Position numbers and translations under genes: made by a program | The notes under the pieces: generated by a model | What the model was told of the DNA's origin: nothing | Databases searched by the model: none | What the model saw: only the letters and a program-made list of their open reading frames with translations | Source: Nematocida ausubeli | Lineage: Eukaryota | Direction: 5' to 3' | Assembly: GCF_000738915.1 (NCBI RefSeq) | Contig: NW_026515636.1 | Span: 397,175 to 461,174, forward strand | DNA: 64,000 nt | In this document: positions 40,639 to 52,053 of the stretch, piece after piece | How positions within the stretch are numbered: position 1 is the first letter of the stretch | How the letters are laid out: each line of letters starts with the position of its first letter

Positions 40639-41019
40639 ATGCATGTAGAGATAGTTAAAGGGAAAAGAGTGTTTGCAGTCAATTTATTGTTTTTGTTATC
40701 ATCTATAGCCGAGGTAATGTGCATAAAACCAACTGATATTCCCGAAAAGAAAATTACAGAAAGTAAGCAGATTACTGATGAAAGGCATTTAGATATAGCA
40801 TCCAGAAGGAACAATGAATTCCTTCTATATGCAGGCTGCTCGTTAGGACAAACTGAGCTGTTTCTATCAACAGAAGCTAGTTTGATGAAAAAAAACTTGT
40901 TCTGCATAGCTGCAGAGTTTATTGTTACGTTCGGGCTATTTTCTACATGCATTGTTGATATATTCTTTAAAAGAAATGGGAGGGAGTATACAGACACACT
41001 TTTTATTAAAGAGAAGTGA
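40639..41019 (+). CDS. Hypothetical small 2-TM protein (126 aa)
   Basis: ATG-initiated ORF with two hydrophobic segments. An opposite-strand ORF of similar size also exists. Confidence 0.4.
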   Translation: MHVEIVKGKRVFAVNLLFLLSSIAEVMCIKPTDIPEKKITESKQITDERHLDIASRRNNEFLLYAGCSLGQTELFLSTEASLMKKNLFCIAAEFIVTFGLFSTCIVDIFFKRNGREYTDTLFIKEK

Positions 41020-41570
41020 GTACAAAAAGGCACTTTTGTCATTTGCATGGAATGTGCTGATTCATCTCCATCTTATTAAAGCTCTTCTTCAATTTATACC
41101 CAGCCTCTTTTTATTATACTTATAACCCCTTAAATAAAACAATTCAAATTTAGTTAGTTTTTATGAAAAGCAATAGAACCACTATGAATAAGACTGTATG
41201 TACAATGCTACTAGTGTGACTCTAGTATGCATAATTACATAGATGTATGCAGCGATTAAATAAGACACAGTTTGATTATCAATTTATTTAGCTCTCTTTC
41301 TATTTGTTTATGCACCACTGCAGAATTAATGCATGCTAACAGATTCAGAAGTTCCTCTGCAGATAGCTCGAATCAAAGACACTTCTTAAAATCTAATATA
41401 TGCTAAAAATGCATGCATAGAATACTCTGCAATAAACTTAATATTTCTATAAATAATGCCTTTTATCCCTATAGTGTTTGGAATAAAAGTTTGCAATGTA
41501 AATGAAAATAACTAGTCAATGCTATCACATGTAATGTGTTACATTTATTCTTTGATATTCAATGAGAATT

Positions 41571-42047
41571 TTAGCTTGTTAAATTAGCTTCTATTGCGTC
41601 AAGGTCAAGCACTATAGTATGAACCAAGTTATCTAACAGATTTGTAAACGCCAGGCCCTCTTTTCTTTCTAGTAAGCGCAGCAGCTTCTCTCTATCTGGT
41701 GTTTTGAGCATCTTATTTATTCTTCGCTCTAAGAAGAACCATCTGTTTACTTTTTTATCCAAAATTGAGTTGATTATCTTTGCAGTTAGTCTTCTCTCAA
41801 TCTTAACATTTTCAGATAAGCAGGCTATTATCTCTCCCTTATCTACATTTTGCTCTTTCATAAATGTGTTAAAACTCTTCGCTTTATTTGCACTCAGCGT
41901 ATTAAACAGCTTTCTTAGCTCTTTATTCTTCCCTTTGTATATATTTAAATCGTATATTACGTAGTATGCTATATAAAGAACTGCTGATATGCCTATTATC
42001 AGAAGTAATACATCAAACGTCTTTCTGAAAGTACCGATTCTTGCCAT
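41571..42047 (-). CDS. Hypothetical protein with N-terminal TM anchor (158 aa)
   Basis: VLLLIIGISAVLYIAYYVIY followed by a basic helical domain. Confidence 0.65.
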   Translation of the reverse strand: MARIGTFRKTFDVLLLIIGISAVLYIAYYVIYDLNIYKGKNKELRKLFNTLSANKAKSFNTFMKEQNVDKGEIIACLSENVKIERRLTAKIINSILDKKVNRWFFLERRINKMLKTPDREKLLRLLERKEGLAFTNLLDNLVHTIVLDLDAIEANLTS

Positions 42048-42412
42048 TTGCCTCCCTGATATTCTATTCCAGTATTTAAGCTCCCTTTCAAGAAAGTTAT
42101 AACTGCTTGGTCTAATTTTAGGGGAAATTTAGATAATTGATGCAAAACTAACGTATTAGATTGACAGAAAGTTTTAGTTCTTTGGACTATCCCAAAACTA
42201 TATAGGTTAAAGATATTGTTGAGAGTAGAATAAAATAGTCTTTAATTTTCTGGTTTGTAAAGTCTCTGGGATAATGCAGCTAAGCTATACATTTAGAGAA
42301 GCTATATAAAAAGATCTTTTATATGGGTGGCTTGAATGAAATTATATTTTTTTGTGGTGTGTGCATAAATTGTATAATAATTGGTAATGAAAGCATGATG
42401 TGCGCGTATTCA

Positions 42413-42877
42413 TTAAATCTCCTCAAACTCAATTTTCATTCCGCATTCACATGCGCCATTGTCATTAAATGCATGTACATGTATGGGGTCTTCCTTTACT
42501 TTTGCGCGGGTAGTTCTTCTTAGACATGCAAGCTTCTTTTTAAGTGCTTTCTTTTTTCTCTCTGCAAGCTTTTCTTGCCTTTGTTTTCTTTCTTCTTCAA
42601 TGTTTGGGTATTTTCTTAAAGAAATCCTCTCTATGTCTGTTTTTCTGTAAAGAATCATTGGTTTCCAGTCTGGATTTCGTGGATTCAATGCTTTTAAGTG
42701 CTGTAGATGCCGTACGTCTTCCTTGTTCAGCAGATAGTCATTTATCGCTGTGGTTTGGGACACTAGTTCTAGTTTTAATTTGCATCTCCCGCAATAATTT
42801 ACTTTAAATGCAGTTCGAATGGACTGGTCTACGCCATTTCCATGGCATTCATCGCAGACATATTCGTCATATTGCAT
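42413..42877 (-). CDS. RAD14: Nucleotide excision repair protein XPA/Rad14
   Basis: CDEC..F..YCGRC zinc finger, LVSQTTAINDYLL, NPRNPDWKPMILY, C-terminal HVHAF..CECGMKIEFEEI. Alternative ATG at 42958. Confidence 0.9.
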   Translation of the reverse strand: MQYDEYVCDECHGNGVDQSIRTAFKVNYCGRCKLKLELVSQTTAINDYLLNKEDVRHLQHLKALNPRNPDWKPMILYRKTDIERISLRKYPNIEEERKQRQEKLAERKKKALKKKLACLRRTTRAKVKEDPIHVHAFNDNGACECGMKIEFEEI

Positions 42878-42998
42878 ATTTTCTTTAATTTTAGTGCTTT
42901 GTGTGTATATATTGTGGGTTTCAATTGTTTTGTTTATGAATTCAGTTCTATTCTTCATTAGCAACTGCCTTCTTCTTTTAGTTTTTTTTCAGCCTAGC

Positions 42999-43961
42999 AT
43001 GAGTATAAGTGTTAATACTGAATCTGTGGTAATTATAGGAAGTGGCCCTGCAGCGTACTCAGCTGCTATTTATGCGTCCAAGTATAAGCCACTAATTCTA
43101 GCAGGAGACTACGAACGAACTAGCCAGTTCCCAGGAGGTCAGCTGATGACAACAACTGCTGTAGATAACTACCCAGGCTTTGCAGAGGGGATTACAGGAC
43201 CAGAACTGGCTGACTTGTTCAAGAACCATGCTGAAGAGCATGCAAGAACAAAACAGCTCTGGGTGAACTCGGTCCAAAAGGATGATGGGTACTTTGTGAT
43301 CTCAACCTCCCAAGAGACCTTTAGAAGCAAAGCTGTAATTATTGCAACTGGCTCAGTTGCCAAGAAGCTGAGTGCCCCTGGCGTAGATGCTCTCTGGCAG
43401 AATGGAATCAGTGCATGCGCAGTGTGTGATGGGTGGATGTTCTCTGGTAAAATTGTGATGGTCATTGGAGGCGGGGATACTGCCATGGAAGAGGTGCAGT
43501 ATCTTGCCAAAATTGCAAGCAAAGTGATTTTGGTCCACAGATCAGAGACATTCCGAGCAAGGCCAGATCTGCTAAGCAAGGTAAAGACAATAAGCAATGT
43601 GGAAATACACACATGGAGTGTTTTGGTGGAGGCCAAAGGAAAGGAGTACTTAGAGTCAGTTATCATCAAAAATACCAAGACAGGAAAGGAGACAGAACTG
43701 CAAGTAGGTGGCCTGTTCTTTGCAATAGGGCACGATCCATCAACAGCCTTTTTAAAGTCTCTGGAAGAAGAAACCGGTGCAAGTTTATTAGCAAGTGACA
43801 GCTATATACAGACAGACAAAGAAACAATGCAGACTGCAATAGAGGGATTATATGCAGCAGGAGATGTACAGGATAATAAATATAGGCAGGCCATAACAGC
43901 TGCCTATTCTGGCATGCTTGCAGGCCAGTCTACAACGCAATGGCTAGACTCCCAGAAATAA
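42999..43961 (+). CDS. TRR1: Low-molecular-weight thioredoxin reductase
   Basis: IIGSGPAAYSAAIY, GGQLMTTTAVDNYPGF, IIATGS, GISACAVCDG (redox CxxC), VIGGGDTAMEE, VHRS, FFAIGHDP, YAAGDVQDNKYRQAITAA. Confidence 0.97.
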   Translation: MSISVNTESVVIIGSGPAAYSAAIYASKYKPLILAGDYERTSQFPGGQLMTTTAVDNYPGFAEGITGPELADLFKNHAEEHARTKQLWVNSVQKDDGYFVISTSQETFRSKAVIIATGSVAKKLSAPGVDALWQNGISACAVCDGWMFSGKIVMVIGGGDTAMEEVQYLAKIASKVILVHRSETFRARPDLLSKVKTISNVEIHTWSVLVEAKGKEYLESVIIKNTKTGKETELQVGGLFFAIGHDPSTAFLKSLEEETGASLLASDSYIQTDKETMQTAIEGLYAAGDVQDNKYRQAITAAYSGMLAGQSTTQWLDSQK

Positions 43962-44547
43962 ATGGCTTTTTTATTCTTCTGCCTTCTCTAAATAACATTC
44001 CCCTAGCTAGTATGACTGTACTTATATGGAAAAGCCCTGTAGTGTGCACCTTTTATTCAGTGAACCACTTAGCATACACAGTATATATGTGCTTACGAGC
44101 AAATGCATCTAGATACATTTCTGTGTAGTTCTTTCTGGATGATTGCCTTAACTTGGAGTAAAATCGGGTTTAGAGTTATTGTCTAAATATGGTCTTACTA
44201 CTAGCATAGTATTCACAGAATGGTGACTGTAAAATAATATTTCATTTCAAATATGCTCTTATTTTATATCTACTATAAACAACTTCACATGACTTTGAGC
44301 TAAGGTCTTTCCTTTGACTATAAGTATGCACATATATCTCTTTATTAGATGTCTGTGCAGACGTCTTTTGTAAGCAATTAAGCAACACTAAATATGCACT
44401 CTATCTAGCAATATTTTATGCTACAGTATATATTCCTGCCTAGATTCTCTTCCCAATAGCTTTGAATGAGTTTTCTATTGAATGGATTTTTCTGGATTTA
44501 CAAAATACTTTCATTGGGTCTTTTAATCTGTTGTTTTCTGTATTTTT

Positions 44548-46242
44548 ATGGATTTGCAAGAAAGAGCTATAATAGTGGCAGTTCAGCTTAAAACAGCCAC
44601 ATACGCTAAGGACCGGCTGTCTTCCTTAAATGAAGCACTAGAAATAGTTAAGGAGGATAATTTAATTGGAGGAACTGAATTTATCGATCCATTGGCAGCT
44701 CTGCTTCTAAGCACGCCTGACACATTTCCGCCTGAAGTACCCCACATATTTAAAGTTCTCAATAAGATATTTTCAGAAAAGAATGGAAGAGAATTCTCAA
44801 ATATATTTATCAGCAAAATAGGTGTAGACAACATAATTAGGCTTTTAATGGATCCAATGAGCGATAAATTAGACGATGTAAGAAACACGATTTCAATGCT
44901 AATCAAGCACAACAAAGCATTAATCACCACAGGCATTTTAGAGTCTAACAAACTTAGCCTATTAATAGAAGAAGCCTTTTTAGGAAGAGAGGTCATACTA
45001 GAGGCTCTTGTGGAAATTGGAAAGGACTCAGCCGCCTTTAGAAAGCTTCTTATTTTTAATGGGTTTGTAGATGAGCTCATGCGAATAGGCATTGGGAAGA
45101 ACAGAGCACTTGCAAGGTGCGGGATTAAGTCTCTTGCCCAACTTATGAACAGCGACATAGCCATTGTAAACTACTTCTTTGAGCTGCGGTGGAAAGAATG
45201 GGTTGAGGTCTCTATGAAAAATCACCCAGAATACACTTTAAAGCTTCTTTACGCATTTGCATCGTATCCAAGACATAGAATCCATTTGACTCCATTTGCG
45301 GATTTAATATTTAGCACGAGAGACATGGCTGCTTTGTACCTTCTTTCCTATACAGATGTGCCACATGAAAAGTGGCTGAACTTCCTGAACAAATCCCAGC
45401 TTAGCTCTACCCCAGTGACATGCGCATGCAAGCTAAACTTCATTCTAGGAATATATGCTAATCTGGCACAGAAAATACCAATGCAGCTAGAAAGCATTTC
45501 AATTGGAACGTTTGAATATTTTGGGCTAATTTCAAACTACTCAATTATTATTAATGACGCGGAAATGGATGAATTTCTTTCATTCCTTAACAAGGTCCCA
45601 TCCATGTCTTTTTCCTGTGCTCTGCTGGCAATTAAAACAGCAGTTTGCATTGGGCTCAGAAATGGATCAGATAAAGTTTTCTCGCCAGAAATTCTTTTCA
45701 CCCTACGAGAGCATCTTCAGAACGACTCTCTATCCCAGGACATTCGCATTCTCATTGGGTTTTGGCTCTTCCTAGCGTACACTAAACTTAAAAATACGCC
45801 TTCACTTGTGCACTCTCTTTTTAACGATATAGATGAAACCATTGTACCATTAGCCCAGCGCCTTCTGACGTCTCTTACACATTCTTTGTACAACTCAAGG
45901 TGCCAGGAGAAAGAGTGCAACAGGTGCTATCTACCCCAGCTAAGTATACCAAATATTCTACCACAGTCCATTTCACTTCTCACTCAAACCGCATGGCTAC
46001 CTTTAACCATGCACTCTTTCGTGCTATTTGCATTTGCTGAATTTTTTTCCTGCTCTGTGCCCATGCCTACTTATAGGCAAAAGGAAGAAGCACCCCCTGA
46101 AGAAAAACTGCCAGAGAAAAAAACAGTCACAGAAGAGAAGACATTTCCTGAAAATACGCATTCAAGTGTAGTAAGCATAGAAAAAGAAGCATATTCGCAG
46201 GATATTCCAGAGAATGAGTCTTCTGAGATATATGATCTGTAG
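44548..46242 (+). CDS. USO1: Uso1/p115-like armadillo head domain protein without coiled-coil tail
   Basis: QLKTATYAKDRLSSL (cf. SSTLLDDRRNAV), REFSNIFI (cf. QFTEIFI), REVI, FRKLLIFNGFVDELM (cf. IQKIVAFENAFERLL), LAQLMNSD..NYFFE (cf. LQNLLKNN..NFFKE). Confidence 0.68.
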   Translation: MDLQERAIIVAVQLKTATYAKDRLSSLNEALEIVKEDNLIGGTEFIDPLAALLLSTPDTFPPEVPHIFKVLNKIFSEKNGREFSNIFISKIGVDNIIRLLMDPMSDKLDDVRNTISMLIKHNKALITTGILESNKLSLLIEEAFLGREVILEALVEIGKDSAAFRKLLIFNGFVDELMRIGIGKNRALARCGIKSLAQLMNSDIAIVNYFFELRWKEWVEVSMKNHPEYTLKLLYAFASYPRHRIHLTPFADLIFSTRDMAALYLLSYTDVPHEKWLNFLNKSQLSSTPVTCACKLNFILGIYANLAQKIPMQLESISIGTFEYFGLISNYSIIINDAEMDEFLSFLNKVPSMSFSCALLAIKTAVCIGLRNGSDKVFSPEILFTLREHLQNDSLSQDIRILIGFWLFLAYTKLKNTPSLVHSLFNDIDETIVPLAQRLLTSLTHSLYNSRCQEKECNRCYLPQLSIPNILPQSISLLTQTAWLPLTMHSFVLFAFAEFFSCSVPMPTYRQKEEAPPEEKLPEKKTVTEEKTFPENTHSSVVSIEKEAYSQDIPENESSEIYDL

Positions 46243-46353
46243 GCATAAAAGGGCACACCTGCACACCAGCAGTACCAGTTATAAATTCTCTTTGTTTTTG
46301 TGTTTTCATTTAATATTAGTACTCCTATTATCCAATTTTGTTTCTTGTTTATT

Positions 46354-46425
46354 GGGGAATTAGCTCAGTGGTAGAGCGTGTGCTTCGCATGTACAAGGTC
46401 CCGAGTTCAATCCTTGGATTCTCCA
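46354..46425 (+). tRNA. tRNA-Ala (anticodon CGC)
   Basis: GGGGAAT TAGCTCAGTGGTAGAGC G TGTGC TTCGCAT GTACA AGGTC CCGAG TTCAATC CTTGG ATTCTCC A: 72-nt cloverleaf with G3:U70, followed by TTTTT. Confidence 0.97.
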
Positions 46426-46456
46426 TTTTTAAGCTAGTAAAATATATCATATTTAT

Positions 46457-47998
46457 TTATTCTATGGCTACAGCCTTCTTCTCTGCCGACTCATCTTTTC
46501 TTCGATGCATAATAATCTCCTCTAGAGACTCTTCCACATAGTTTGATAAAACATTCCCTAAAACAGCCGCTCGCTTGACTTCTTCTGCATCCAACTCCAA
46601 GATCATTCCAGTAATCTTCTTTGCAAACTCTTCTTCATTTGCGAATCCAGCCTGAGCAATCTTCTCTGTGTAGTTTGGGGCCAAAGATAGGATAAGCGTG
46701 TATAGTTCATACCCAGCTGTGCAGCTGCCCTCCTTTGCAGAAGCTGGCGTGTGCATCTTCTTCTTTCCCTTGGCACCGGACATGTCATATGAACTGTTTC
46801 CTCCTGCAGTACTATAAATATTATTTGTTACCTTTCCTAGCTCTCTCAGCTTCTTGCACTTGAAGAATGCTACGCCCAGTGGTTGCCCGCAGTACTCGCT
46901 CTTGTTTGCCAGCTCAACTGCCTTTGCTGCATCCTCTGCCTTCTGATAGAACACATATCCGTATGATCTGTTGTTTTTCGTATCTGTTCCCAGCTTGTAC
47001 GTGTTTATTGGCCCGTACTTGCTGAAGTACTTTACCACGTCTTCTTCGTTCAGATCCCCTGGAAGGTTTGTAATGTAGATGTTTCTTCTGACTTCCTGCT
47101 CTGGGGGGTTTGCAAAGTATCCAGCTGTCTCCTCGACTCTCTCGCTCTTCAGCTTGGCCCGCTGAACATAAAGATTTTCTCCTTCTCCTGAGTTTCCGCC
47201 AAAGAAAGGCTTGTCGTGCAGTCCTAGAATTGCTGCCTCTGCCATCTCATGTGTTTTATAATTAGCAAATGCAAATCCGCGCATCTCTCCTGTCTCTGTA
47301 CGCGGCACAAAGAATGAAGTAAGCTCACCATACTCCTCCAACTTCTTTTTGAGCTCCTCCTCTTCTACTCCCTTTGGGAAGTTCTTCATGTAGATGTTTG
47401 TAAATATCTTTTCCACATTCTCTCTCTTTTTTTCTCTTTTATCATTTGGGACGCACTGCACTGCACAAAGCTTCTTCCCATTTAGCATAATCTTGTTTAT
47501 CATCTGTATTGCTACCTCTGCAATCTTTGGGTCTTTATACTGTATGTATCCTATTCCGCTGCACTCTGACAAACTATTCTTAACCACTTTGCAGCTCACA
47601 ATAGGCCCAAATATGATAAATGTATCATAAAGTGTCTGGTTGTCTGTCTCTTTTGGCAGATTTTTTATCACTATGTTTCCCTCTCGGTTGTTCACCACAC
47701 TTTCTTTATCCAGTGGCATAACCCGGATCTGAGACCCATTGAGCTCGTAAAAGTTAAATGTCTCTATTGCTGTAGGAACAGATGCCTCATCAAAGAATGT
47801 GACATATGCATAGCACTTGTCTTTTACTATTGATAACTCCTTTCTTGGAATAATTACTGTATATATCTGGCCTACTTTTGAGAATATCTGAAATAGATCT
47901 GATTCAGTTGTGCTAGTCGGGATGTCTCCAACATATATTGAGTTCTGCCTCCCAATCTGGCCTTCTTTTTTCTCTTTCTGTGTCTCTTCAATGTTCAT
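46457..47998 (-). CDS. PAB1: Polyadenylate-binding protein
   Basis: Four RRMs (SIYVGDI/YAYVTF; GNIVIKNL/GIGYIQY; FTNIYMKNF/RGFAFANY..LYVQRA; NIYITNL/YGYVFY) and an MLLE-like C-terminus AKKITGMILELD. Confidence 0.93.
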   Translation of the reverse strand: MNIEETQKEKKEGQIGRQNSIYVGDIPTSTTESDLFQIFSKVGQIYTVIIPRKELSIVKDKCYAYVTFFDEASVPTAIETFNFYELNGSQIRVMPLDKESVVNNREGNIVIKNLPKETDNQTLYDTFIIFGPIVSCKVVKNSLSECSGIGYIQYKDPKIAEVAIQMINKIMLNGKKLCAVQCVPNDKREKKRENVEKIFTNIYMKNFPKGVEEEELKKKLEEYGELTSFFVPRTETGEMRGFAFANYKTHEMAEAAILGLHDKPFFGGNSGEGENLYVQRAKLKSERVEETAGYFANPPEQEVRRNIYITNLPGDLNEEDVVKYFSKYGPINTYKLGTDTKNNRSYGYVFYQKAEDAAKAVELANKSEYCGQPLGVAFFKCKKLRELGKVTNNIYSTAGGNSSYDMSGAKGKKKMHTPASAKEGSCTAGYELYTLILSLAPNYTEKIAQAGFANEEEFAKKITGMILELDAEEVKRAAVLGNVLSNYVEESLEEIIMHRRKDESAEKKAVAIE

Positions 47999-48687
47999 TT
48001 TATTAAAAAAGAAAATTGAAAATTTATAATTCAAACAATGCTCCCGTCATGATTGAAGTTTATTACTACAAAAATCAACCTGCAAAATTACCTTACCACA
48101 CACACATCTATCGTGTATGCACATTTCTACTTAATGTAATTCCAAGAACATCCCTCTTTTCCATGTATTAATCCCTTTTTACGGATTTTCCTAAAACTAA
48201 AAACAGTTCTATGCATTTCATGCGCACATTTAATTAAATTCACTGCCCAAAAATATTTCTGTCAGAGTGCTTGTCCTGTCAGCTTTCATTTTTAATTAAT
48301 CTTCTTTCTGTCCATATATCTGAAGGTCTTTATCCATCCAGAGCACACGGTCCTTCTACTGCACGGAAGCCCAGAAGAATGGAAGTATTTGTCTTTGCAT
48401 AGAATACTTTAGGTGTATAATTCTATCTTTTATACTGCGCATAGCATGATTGCATGAAGTGCATTTTAAGAGCTGTCAGAATAATATTTATCCTTTGGGT
48501 GTATAACATGCGAGTATGTCTCCTCCCAGACAGTTACTTTGGATATTCGTAAGCATACACATTGCATGGTCTTTGATTATTTTTATTGGAAAAAGACCAC
48601 AGAAAACTCTAAAGAAGTTAATCTGGTAAGATGCCCAGTGATATAGTAGTCTATGCCTTTATTTATTTGGATAATAAGAATGATGAT

Positions 48688-49143
48688 TTACCTTAAAAGA
48701 CTGTATACAAATAGCATTATTAGTATCGTAATTGCTATGCGATTGGATAGTTCTATTGGCTGAGGATGGGTTCTTCTATACTGTGCCTCTCTAAAGTACG
48801 GGCCTGCATTAAATGACTGGTACGCGAAGCCGTATCGTTGTGCTCCCATTGACGTGTACCACTTTATTATTTCTTCTATATCATTATGTGTGTGTACATT
48901 ATGATGGCTTCTATATGTGTGACTTTCTGCAAACCTAGGCCTGTCCTCTATTAAGTCCTCATATGCCTTTTGAAGAATAATAAATGCCTCTGAAGCATTT
49001 GAGTGAGAATTTCTGTCAGGATGCACTTTGACTGCAAGCTTTTTGTAGCTCTTTCTTATATCCTCCTTTGTGCACTCCTTTGGAAGATTCAGAACCCTGT
49101 GGCTGTTTCCTTTATGGCTGAGTATTCTCTCTATTTCATCCAT
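48688..49143 (-). CDS. DnaJ/J-domain protein with C-terminal TM (Hlj1/DNAJB12-like)
   Basis: IRKSYKKLAVKVHPDRN..ASEAF (HPD motif) and a terminal hydrophobic helix. Confidence 0.88.
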   Translation of the reverse strand: MDEIERILSHKGNSHRVLNLPKECTKEDIRKSYKKLAVKVHPDRNSHSNASEAFIILQKAYEDLIEDRPRFAESHTYRSHHNVHTHNDIEEIIKWYTSMGAQRYGFAYQSFNAGPYFREAQYRRTHPQPIELSNRIAITILIMLFVYSLLR

Positions 49144-49169
49144 TATTAATGAAAATTATTTACAAAATA

Positions 49170-49181
49170 TTCGGGTTATAT
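49170..49181 (-). promoter_or_regulatory. Recurrent intergenic motif ATATAACCCGA(A), copy 4
   Basis: Plus strand reads TTCGGGTTATAT, about 27 bp upstream of the DnaJ ATG. Confidence 0.4.
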
Positions 49182-49288
49182 CTATCCAGCAGCAAGAAAA
49201 TTAATTGCCTGGCCGGAGGCTGACACTTCTCCCCTATAGAATAAAAAACATCAAAATTGAAACGTTTAGTGGATTATCATTTATTGAT

Positions 49289-49585
49289 CTAACCGAATAA
49301 GTCCATGTCTCCGGAGCTTTCTTCTTCAGACTCTTCTACTTCTTCCTTCTTCTCTTCTACTGCCTGGGTAGTTGCGGAGGCACTTGCCTGTACTGATCCT
49401 CCAGTTGGATTCTCAATAATGGACTGGATCTGCTCGCTGGTCATCTTGCTGAACAGCTCAGCCAGGTAGGAGTCTACTTTTACTCCTAGGTGCTCTCCTA
49501 CTTTTCTAATGTTCTCTTCTGTCACTGGTGTTCCTACACTGTGTAATAATAATGTTGTCAATACGCATATATTTTTCTGTTCCAT
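49289..49585 (-). CDS. RPP1: 60S acidic ribosomal protein P1
   Basis: ICVLTTLLLH..PVTEENI..GVKVDSYLAELFSK, Ala/Thr hinge, EEKKEE..EEESSGDMDLFG. Confidence 0.88.
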   Translation of the reverse strand: MEQKNICVLTTLLLHSVGTPVTEENIRKVGEHLGVKVDSYLAELFSKMTSEQIQSIIENPTGGSVQASASATTQAVEEKKEEVEESEEESSGDMDLFG

Positions 49586-49623
49586 CCTTAGCAGTTTAAC
49601 TTTTCTTAAGAGCTTTAAAGGCA

Positions 49624-49638
49624 GGGGGGTAAAAATTT
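49624..49638 (-). promoter_or_regulatory. Microsporidian AAATTT/CCC signal upstream of RPP1
   Basis: Minus strand reads AAATTTTTACCCCCC about 40 bp before the ATG. Confidence 0.6.
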
Positions 49639-50363
49639 AAAACTTAAATAGTTTGAAAAGTACAGAAATAGAAGAAATATCCATATATAGAAATATACAT
49701 TGGCTTCTAATTTCTATCCAAATGCATCCACATTATGAAATATTTCTAACTGCAGAATATTTGGAAATTAAGTGAGTCTTGCAGGTGCACCATGCATGAA
49801 TTGAAAACCATCTCTGCTGAAATTCATTTTATATAAGCTGGTTTATAGAAATACTTTATATGGTGGGTGCTGCATGCCCTTTGCATACAAAGAACCTTTG
49901 AACACTAGGGCTCTTTATAATAACATAGTACCATTCATATATTAGTTTATAGTGCAATATTACTGGCCATCTGCTTAATTAGAATTTAAAGAATCTTTCT
50001 GAGTACTAGCCTTTATACTCAGAATTATTTTTTCTTGGTGTGCACTTTCAGTTAATATTATTCCTATGCCATTTATATTAGAGCCTGCATGCTCTCTTGT
50101 ATCTTATATGATTATGTTTTAATGCTGCATCAATTATCTTCTATTGGCCTAGTGCATATTCCTTATAGTCCTTTTACAGATGTGATATTCCTACTAGGAA
50201 CATTATCTAGTGCATTTAATAGAGAATATACTTTGGGTGAGATGCCCAGATTGTTTTGTTTCTGTAACTATGACGTAGTGCTACAGTGTGTTAGAAAGTG
50301 TTTCATAGTGAGGCTATAATAAATAAATAGGTAAGAAATAAAACACACGCCCATCCAACAAAC

Positions 50364-50732
50364 ATGCAGAGAAAGAACCCTATAGTAGATGAGTATTGGA
50401 AGAGCATTTTGGACTATGTAACAACATCAATGATACACAAAGATAATGCCCTTCCATTGGCACGTATAAAAAGACTCATGAAAGTTGAGCAAGAAGTTAG
50501 CAAAGTGGCAAACGAAGTGCCTCCTCTATTTTCAAGGATAACCGAGATATTCATTGAGGAGCTAACACTTCGTGCATGGCAGTGCACAGAAAAAGGAAAA
50601 AGACGAATACTTCAGCGAGGCGACATCTGCTCTGCTGCTAAGTCCTCTGATGTGTTCGACTTCCTTATATACCTTATGCCAAAGGGAGCTGGCATAGTTG
50701 AGCTAAATATGAATTCCCAGACTAAATACTAA
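50364..50732 (+). CDS. HAP5: CCAAT-binding factor subunit C (NF-YC/Hap5)
   Basis: LPLARIKRLMK..EVPPLFSRITEIFIEELTLRAW..TE..KRRILQRGDI..A..SDVFDFLI. Confidence 0.92.
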   Translation: MQRKNPIVDEYWKSILDYVTTSMIHKDNALPLARIKRLMKVEQEVSKVANEVPPLFSRITEIFIEELTLRAWQCTEKGKRRILQRGDICSAAKSSDVFDFLIYLMPKGAGIVELNMNSQTKY

Positions 50733-51953
50733 TACAAAAACTAGGAAATATTTCTAACGGCAGCCTTCTTGCCTGCACTGCATACTTTTTAATAAACGTA
50801 TAATTAAAACACCTCTAACTGTTTGAAGGGATTCTCTGTACCCAAAAATATTTCACTGCATATTTTTAGCTTATGCACTAGTCATTCACACTGTGCACTC
50901 TAGAAGCACCTCATTGCAGGCACAGAAAACTGAAACCCAAATTAAACTATGCCCAATCGCATGGATAACTACTCTAACAGAATGCACAGCACTATTGCGC
51001 ATACACCTTTATAAGAGAAGAATAATTCAGGTTATATAGAATGCTGCCTCTTTAAATCTTAGTCCTGCACAAAATAAAACTCTGCCAGATGTAGATTATA
51101 GAATGAAAACATACACTTTCATTTCTCAAAGGCACAACAAAAACACAGCAGATACCCAAATTAACGCATGATAAAAATCTATTTAATCAGTGTATGGACT
51201 GGAATGGCACGGATAAGCGTATCTGTGAATATTATTTCTTTCAGATTATGGGCCTTGCAGAATATATAAATCAATGCACTCTGTAGGGATACAACTAGAA
51301 AATGCAGAGGGAACAGACTACTAAATACTAGAGTGATTTATTTTCAGTGTTCGGGTTGCACGCATTCAATAACTAGTCTCTTCTTCCTCTTCCTGCACAG
51401 ACTGCTGCTTTTTGTCCTCTGTCGTCTGTATGCTGTAGTATTTGTTAAGTATACTGTCTGGTATTCTGTTTAGCATCTCCTTTGGGAATATTCTGAGAAG
51501 GCGCCATGCCAAGTCTAGGGACTCATTGATGGTTCTGTTCTCATCCTTTCTTTGGCTAATAAACTCTTTCTCAAAGTTATCCACAAACTCAATCACCAGC
51601 TTGTCTTCTACAGAGAGAGACTCTTCCCCAACAACTGACTTCATTGCCATTGCTTCCTTTCCTACTGCGTATTTGGAGTACAGCTGGCTGGAAACATCCG
51701 AGTGGTCATCTCGCGTCATGTTCTCGCCAATAGCAGACTTCATAAGACGAGACAGTGATGGCAGCACATTAATAGGGGGATATATTTGCCTATTGTGCAA
51801 GTTTCGATCGATATATATCTGCCCCTCTGTGATGTATCCTGTCAAGTCAGGTATTGGGTGCGTGATATCATCGTTCGGCATAGTGAGAATTGGTATCTGG
51901 GTGATAGACCCGTCTATTCCTGCTATCCGCCCAGCTCTTTCATATATTGTAGA
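50562..51953. repeat. 1392-bp segment, copy 1 (duplicated at 52054..53445; probable uncollapsed haplotype)
   Basis: Collinear with copy 2 at offset 1492. About 13 substitutions, no indels seen. Confidence 0.92.
51366..51953 (-). other. 3' fragment of V-ATPase B within the duplicated segment, cut by the gap
   Basis: Translation is identical to the C-terminus of 52858..54393. Confidence 0.9.
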
Positions 51954-52053
51954 NNNNNNNNNNNNNNNNNNNNNNNNNNNNNNNNNNNNNNNNNNNNNNN
52001 NNNNNNNNNNNNNNNNNNNNNNNNNNNNNNNNNNNNNNNNNNNNNNNNNNNNN
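51954..52053. other. Assembly gap (100 N)
   Basis: Run of N. Confidence 0.99.

Noticed and set aside
42819..42998. Hydrophobic 60-aa N-terminal extension on TrxR in the ORF track
   Set aside because: It overlaps the XPA 5' region on the opposite strand; TrxR homology begins at ATG 42999.
49289..49600. Spliceosomal intron in RPP1 or other genes
   Set aside because: All conserved genes translate continuously from ATG, so no intron is needed to explain them.
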